Source: a virus (taxonomy: Duplodnaviria > Caudoviricetes). Taken from it: 64,000 nucleotides of DNA. Both the position numbers and the translations under genes were made by a program. Where the stretch lies: IMG/VR virus record IMGVR_UViG_3300021376_000006; one strand, 5' to 3'. Numbering within the stretch: the stretch's first letter is position 1; each line of letters starts with the position of its first letter. The notes under the pieces were generated by a model that did not search any database, was not told where the DNA came from, and worked only from the letters and a program-made list of their open reading frames with translations. Shown piece after piece: positions 59,369-64,000 of this stretch.

Positions 59369-59800
59369 ATGACAACTAGAATTCTTATAATGGGATTGCC
59401 CGGAGCAGGCAAAACTACGCTTGCAATAAATTTATTAAACTATTTTAGTCCGGATGTTCTCTGGTTAAATGCAGATGAAATAAGAAAAAAATTTAATGAT
59501 TGGGATTTCAGCTATGAAGGACGAATTCGTCAAAGCCGACGAATGAGAGAAATAGCAGATGTTTCAAACAAAGATTATGTAATTGCAGATTTTGTTTGTC
59601 CCCTAAAAGAAATGCGCGACATTTACGATCCGCACTTTTTGATTTGGGTAGATACAATAGCAGAGGGTAGATTTGAAGATACTAATCGTGTGTTTCTTCC
59701 GCCCGAAACACACGATGTAAGAGTGACCGAGCAAGATGCAGGTCGATGGGCAAGGACAATATATGAACAAATATCACATAAGATTCAATCACCAACATAA
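59369..59800 (+). CDS. Adenylylsulfate-kinase-like (CysC-like) P-loop kinase
   Basis: GLPGAGKTT, WLNADEIR, RIRQSRRM, VIADFVCP, FEDTNRVFLPP. Confidence 0.75.
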   Translation: MTTRILIMGLPGAGKTTLAINLLNYFSPDVLWLNADEIRKKFNDWDFSYEGRIRQSRRMREIADVSNKDYVIADFVCPLKEMRDIYDPHFLIWVDTIAEGRFEDTNRVFLPPETHDVRVTEQDAGRWARTIYEQISHKIQSPT

Positions 59801-60338
59801 TAGCAATGGTAAAGTTTGGCGTGTGTTCGAGAATGGAGTAGAACATTTAGTTGAACACCTAGATATCCGTGTTCCTATGCGCGACGATGTCACTGTTGAA
59901 AACGGTGTTGAAAAATGGAATGTTTATTGTGAAGGTTATTTGTCTATTGTAAATCAAACTGCTTGTATAGAATCAGTACCTACATTTGATTGGCGAAAAC
60001 CCACAGTGCAAATGTTAGGTCGTTGGCAACCGTGGCATGCAGGGCATCGTGCATTATTTGAAAGAGCAATAAAGAAAACCGGACAAGTGTGTATTATGAT
60101 AAGAGATTGCCAAGGATGGAATCACAGTAATCCGTTTAATCTTGAAGAAGTTAAAAAGTATATTCGTGCTGATCTTGATCCCGAGTATAAAGGACGATAT
60201 GAAATCATTGTTGTTCCTAATATAGTTAATATTACATATGGTCGTGATGTTGGTTACCTCATCGAAGAAGAAACATTTGACGATGTTACACAGGCTATAT
60301 CAGCAACCACTATACGAAAACAAATGGGCATCGAATGA
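59763..60338 (+). CDS. HIGH-motif (cytidylyltransferase-like) nucleotidyltransferase with an extra N-terminal domain
   Basis: MLGRWQPWHAGH (HxGH), ISATTIR (KMSKS-like); about 70 unrelated residues at the N-terminus; start at ATG 59763 preferred. Confidence 0.75.
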   Translation: MNKYHIRFNHQHNSNGKVWRVFENGVEHLVEHLDIRVPMRDDVTVENGVEKWNVYCEGYLSIVNQTACIESVPTFDWRKPTVQMLGRWQPWHAGHRALFERAIKKTGQVCIMIRDCQGWNHSNPFNLEEVKKYIRADLDPEYKGRYEIIVVPNIVNITYGRDVGYLIEEETFDDVTQAISATTIRKQMGIE

Positions 60339-60808
60339 AAGACAAATTTAAACGTGCCTACATGAAAACAGCACAAACGTTTGCAGAACTTAGTTTGGCA
60401 CGTAGATTGAAAGTTGGAGCTATTATTGTCAAAGATGACAGAATTATTTCAATTGGCTATAATGGAATGCCTGCTGGTTGGGATAACAATTGCGAGGATG
60501 AATTGGTAACTGAATACAATAACGCTAAAGATTTGGACGGTAATACAATACAAGTGAAAACTTCTACACTAACCACCAAACCAGAAGTCCTGCATGCTGA
60601 AACCAATGCTATTGCCAAATTAGCAAAATCGCCAGAATCTGGACAAGGTGCTACAATGTTTGTAACACATAGTCCTTGTTTAGAATGTGCAAAATTGATA
60701 TATCAATCAGGTATTACCAAGGTTGTATATAGAGATTTGTATCGAAATAAAAACGGTTTAAATTTTCTAGAAAAGTCTGGTCTAGAGCTTGAGCAATTGC
60801 TGAATTGA
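60335..60808 (+). CDS. cd: dCMP deaminase
   Basis: VGAIIVKD, GYNG, HAETNAI, SPCLECAK. Confidence 0.92.
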   Translation: MKDKFKRAYMKTAQTFAELSLARRLKVGAIIVKDDRIISIGYNGMPAGWDNNCEDELVTEYNNAKDLDGNTIQVKTSTLTTKPEVLHAETNAIAKLAKSPESGQGATMFVTHSPCLECAKLIYQSGITKVVYRDLYRNKNGLNFLEKSGLELEQLLN

Positions 60809-61988
60809 GATTTGTTTGTAATTCGTTCCATATTTGATCAACAAAGTGTTTACTGTAAAACAAATTGTAATTGTACTCAAGAACTTCCTCCATGTCATAT
60901 AACATTTTTTCTAAATCATTATTTGATAGTTTGCTTAAACTTTTTATTATATCAACGACCATATCGATTCGCTCAATTGGATCTTGGCATTGATCATAAC
61001 TTTCATCCCACCATTTGTCAAATGTTATAAATCCGTATTCTTTTAAGTATGCAAGATTGTCAACACACCCTAACAATATAAAAGGCTGTTTCAACGCTAT
61101 AGGTTTAAAAATTTTTTCAGTTAAATGTTTCTTGCGTTCCCAGAAACAGGTTTCTGTAACAACATGAACAAAACTTTGCATCAATTTTGGAATAGGCTCA
61201 AGAGTAAAACTTGAATTGTCAATAGGCATATTGTGCTCACTATCAATTCTTAGACTTGGAAGATTGGTTATATAATCTAATTCTTGGAAAACAAATTTTT
61301 TGTCTAACCCAAACTGTTCTAATGTTTTGACAATTGAGAACTGTAATTTACCGTGAACTGGACAAACATTACTAAAACTTATATGGCCATAATCTAATAG
61401 ATTTTGTTGACTGAGTTTAGCGACAAAAAAAGCTCTATAAATTCTAGAATTGCCAGTTATCCTATTAAATGTAATAAATTTTTTTTCTATTTTTCTTTTT
61501 CGTATTGGTATAATTTCACTACAGAATTGATAACCTCGGTACCAATCTATTGCTGCTAGGGCATGGTAAAAATAGTAACAATCAATATAATTAAATTTTT
61601 CTAAAATTTTATTTTTTTCGTCACTATCTTTTTCTGTGTTAAGTAGTATAGTAGGAACTTTGTCTTTATATTTTAATGATCTGTATTTTAAAGATATATC
61701 ATTTTTCCAATATTGACTATATTGTGTAGATTCTTTGATTTGTTGACTGCCATTGGAAGTTACAGTCAAATTATCAAATTTTGAAAAAGTGTCAAAGTTA
61801 TAATGGTAGTTTAAAGGTTCTTGATCAAAACACAGAAAAAATACATCAGGGTCGGTTGTACCTAATATTTCAAGCTGTGAGAACGCAGTTGCACCAAACG
61901 GAAAGAAGTAAGCAAGTTTTGGCGATATATCGTAGTTTATTTTTGCATGTTGTAGAATAAAATTATAGTGGCTGTTTATATTATACAT
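60714..61988 (-). CDS. Putative GT-B glycosyltransferase (TEK-motif), antisense to its neighbours
   Basis: HVVTETCF...LTEKIFKPIALKQPFILLG...GFITFDKWWDESYD; AT-rich. Confidence 0.5.
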   Translation of the reverse strand: MYNINSHYNFILQHAKINYDISPKLAYFFPFGATAFSQLEILGTTDPDVFFLCFDQEPLNYHYNFDTFSKFDNLTVTSNGSQQIKESTQYSQYWKNDISLKYRSLKYKDKVPTILLNTEKDSDEKNKILEKFNYIDCYYFYHALAAIDWYRGYQFCSEIIPIRKRKIEKKFITFNRITGNSRIYRAFFVAKLSQQNLLDYGHISFSNVCPVHGKLQFSIVKTLEQFGLDKKFVFQELDYITNLPSLRIDSEHNMPIDNSSFTLEPIPKLMQSFVHVVTETCFWERKKHLTEKIFKPIALKQPFILLGCVDNLAYLKEYGFITFDKWWDESYDQCQDPIERIDMVVDIIKSLSKLSNNDLEKMLYDMEEVLEYNYNLFYSKHFVDQIWNELQTNLNSAIAQALDQTFLENLNRFYFDTNLYIQPW

Positions 61989-63846
61989 GTTTGATGTCTT
62001 TTATTCTGGGGAAAAACCAAATTTGTTTGCGTTCGAAAGACCAGCTGACTGTTTGGAAGATGCTGCTAAAAAAAGTAGAACTAAATTCTACTGGTATATT
62101 TATGACTGCAACGACTATACAAATTTTGATTTTGCGTGGCGTCCTGCTCCTTGGGAAGCACATCATGTACACTGTTTTGGAACACAGTGGCAACGTACCG
62201 GCGGTGCATATTTTGCAAATGTAGATACCGTAAACAATAGAGAATGGCATTTTAGAACAGAGCAAAAAGTCACACGCTGTGTTGAGAAAAATAAGTGGAT
62301 TGTTCCCGGCAATATAGATGATAGCCAATTTGATTATAGTTGGCACCCTGATGAATTAGAACCTGATTATGAATATCATTTTCCAACGCAATGGCAGCGA
62401 GATGGTGGCCCTGTATATCCGGGTACCGCAGGCATCAAGTATGTGAACGATCAACATATACGCAATGGCGCCACCCAGATATTTTATATGGATTTTCTAA
62501 ATCAAGAAAGCCCGGAACAATTTGCTCGTATACAAAAACAATATCCCGATGCAAAAAGCACCAGGTATGTTGACAGTCATTTAAACGTTTTTAAACGTAT
62601 TGCCAATTTGGCAACTACAGAGTTTGTTTGGATTATTAGTAGCTTCTGTGATTATAGAGAATTTGATTTTACGTGGCATCCTGCTCCTGAACAGAGAGAA
62701 ATGATACATGTGTTTCCTACAGCATGTGAAAATTTTAAATACAAATTTCAAAAAAGAGGCGATACCTTTTACATTCATATACCGTCTCTTAAAACACAGT
62801 TGTACGAATTAGAATTATTGGATTGGTTTAATGTAATTAATTATTGTAGTGATCAAATTGTTCCTGTGAAAGCACCTATCATTGAATACAACAATGACAG
62901 TTTGATTCCTGCTGTACAAGCATATAATTTTCAATTTCCTTATGCCATATTTAAGACTCAAAAATTTCCAATAGGCCCAATCTGTGTGCCACCATGTTTA
63001 TGGCATCCAAAAGATCGTATTGCAGAACCACTAAATTCGTCGGGTAGCACGACTATTGTACCTAGAGAAGCCAGGGCACATATCAAGACACAATTGTATG
63101 ATTATCCGTATATTAATAGACGTTCAGACGCATTTTATACAGACCAACCGCTGGATATCGTGTATATTAGTAACGGCGAGCCTGATGCAGAACGCTGGTA
63201 CAATCATCTAAAGGTAACAGTAGAAGCACAGATACCACATGGTCAACAAAAGATACACAGAGTGCAAAACGTTAATGGGCGTATTGCTGCATATCATACC
63301 GCAGCGCAAGCAAGCACATCACCATGGTTCTTCGCTGTTTTTGCTAAGTTAGAAATATTAGGTAGTTTTGATTTTATTTGGCAACCTGATTATTGGCAAG
63401 AACCCAAGCATTACATATTCCATAGTCGTAATTGCCTAAATGGACTAGAGTATGGTCATATGGGTGTGATTGCCTATAATAAGCGATTGGTATTGGAAAC
63501 AATTGAATCTGGTCTTGACTTTACACTGAGTCAAAAACACACGGTAGTTCCTGAACTAAGTGCCATTGCTTATTTCAATGCCGATCCTTGGATGACTTGG
63601 CGCACTGCATTCAGAGAAGTCCTAAAGTTAAAATTGTTTATGGAAACTGAACCTACAGTAGAAACAGAATACAGACTAGATACTTGGCTTAATGTGGCCA
63701 ATGGGGATAATGCAGAATGGTGTTTACGTGGTGCTCAAGACGCAGTTGAATATTACAAAGAAGTTGATGGCGAGTATGATAAGTTAATGCTAAGTTTTGA
63801 TTGGCCTTGGCTGTCACAAAGATTTAAGAATCTATATAAAATTTAA
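61987..63846 (+). CDS. Multi-repeat glycosyltransferase-like protein
   Basis: Four FD(F/Y)xW(R/H/Q)P-centred repeats; C-terminal LDIVYISNGEP...AYHTAA...TWRTAFREVLK paralogous to 44679-45608. Confidence 0.55.
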   Translation: MFDVFYSGEKPNLFAFERPADCLEDAAKKSRTKFYWYIYDCNDYTNFDFAWRPAPWEAHHVHCFGTQWQRTGGAYFANVDTVNNREWHFRTEQKVTRCVEKNKWIVPGNIDDSQFDYSWHPDELEPDYEYHFPTQWQRDGGPVYPGTAGIKYVNDQHIRNGATQIFYMDFLNQESPEQFARIQKQYPDAKSTRYVDSHLNVFKRIANLATTEFVWIISSFCDYREFDFTWHPAPEQREMIHVFPTACENFKYKFQKRGDTFYIHIPSLKTQLYELELLDWFNVINYCSDQIVPVKAPIIEYNNDSLIPAVQAYNFQFPYAIFKTQKFPIGPICVPPCLWHPKDRIAEPLNSSGSTTIVPREARAHIKTQLYDYPYINRRSDAFYTDQPLDIVYISNGEPDAERWYNHLKVTVEAQIPHGQQKIHRVQNVNGRIAAYHTAAQASTSPWFFAVFAKLEILGSFDFIWQPDYWQEPKHYIFHSRNCLNGLEYGHMGVIAYNKRLVLETIESGLDFTLSQKHTVVPELSAIAYFNADPWMTWRTAFREVLKLKLFMETEPTVETEYRLDTWLNVANGDNAEWCLRGAQDAVEYYKEVDGEYDKLMLSFDWPWLSQRFKNLYKI

Positions 63847-64000
63847 TTTGTTCTACAATTGTTTCAACTTCGCTATCTAAAAGTTCGGGATAGATAGGCA
63901 GGCTAAGACATTCTCGAGTAAAGGCAGCAGTTTCTGTGAATAAATCTTTTCCGTAATCTATGTAATTAAATCCTACACCTAAATCATACAGAGCAGATTC
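63824..64000 (-). CDS. C-terminus of a DegT/DnrJ/EryC1/StrS sugar aminotransferase (partial)
   Basis: Minus-strand frame from 64000 reads ESALYDLG...RECLSLPIYPELLDSEVETIVEQIKFYIDS*; LSLPIYPEL is the typical DegT C-terminal motif. Confidence 0.75.
   Translation of the reverse strand, partial: ESALYDLGVGFNYIDYGKDLFTETAAFTRECLSLPIYPELLDSEVETIVEQIKFYIDS

Noticed and set aside
1708-62778. Numerous 60-130-aa opposite-strand or nested ORFs in the track
   Set aside because: They lie fully within well-supported genes, with no RBS, motif or operon coupling.
1-64000. Stop-codon reassignment as seen in some jumbo phages
   Set aside because: Standard-code ORFs tile the window densely, including a 4229-aa ORF, and TAA, TAG and TGA all end genes at sensible operon junctions.

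Overview
The window is a segment of a large T4-like (myovirus-type, probably jumbo) bacteriophage genome in the standard genetic code, with three blocks. (1) 457-11803, minus strand, one overlapping-gene operon. The gp55-like late sigma factor, gp47 and gp46 recombination nuclease genes are interleaved with AT-rich SGNH-hydrolase-like genes. They are followed by a radical-SAM/B12-radical-SAM/SDR mini-cluster and a GIY-YIG nuclease. The operon runs into a ~410-nt hairpin-dense non-coding region (48-456) that looks like an unannotated structured RNA. (2) 11867-42410, plus strand, contractile-tail baseplate and fibre module: tube initiator-like, gp53, hub, gp5, separate lysozyme-like protein, gp25, gp6, a 4229-aa giant structural protein with a 7-repeat FG-GAP-like propeller, and fibres. 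Several genes are preceded by TAAATA late-promoter motifs. (3) 42475-64000, a ~21.5-kb modification island headed by a sigma70-like promoter whose -10 box sits in the loop of a perfect 12-bp inverted repeat. It holds glycosyltransferase-like genes, five N-terminal-twitch radical SAM paralogues, five SGNH-like genes, a NodU-type carbamoyltransferase, an APS-kinase-like P-loop protein, a HIGH-motif nucleotidyltransferase, dCMP deaminase, a partial DegT aminotransferase and an unannotated 33-aa Arg/Trp-rich peptide. No CRISPR array, tRNA, integrase or transposase was recognised. All calls come from motif reading without database searches.
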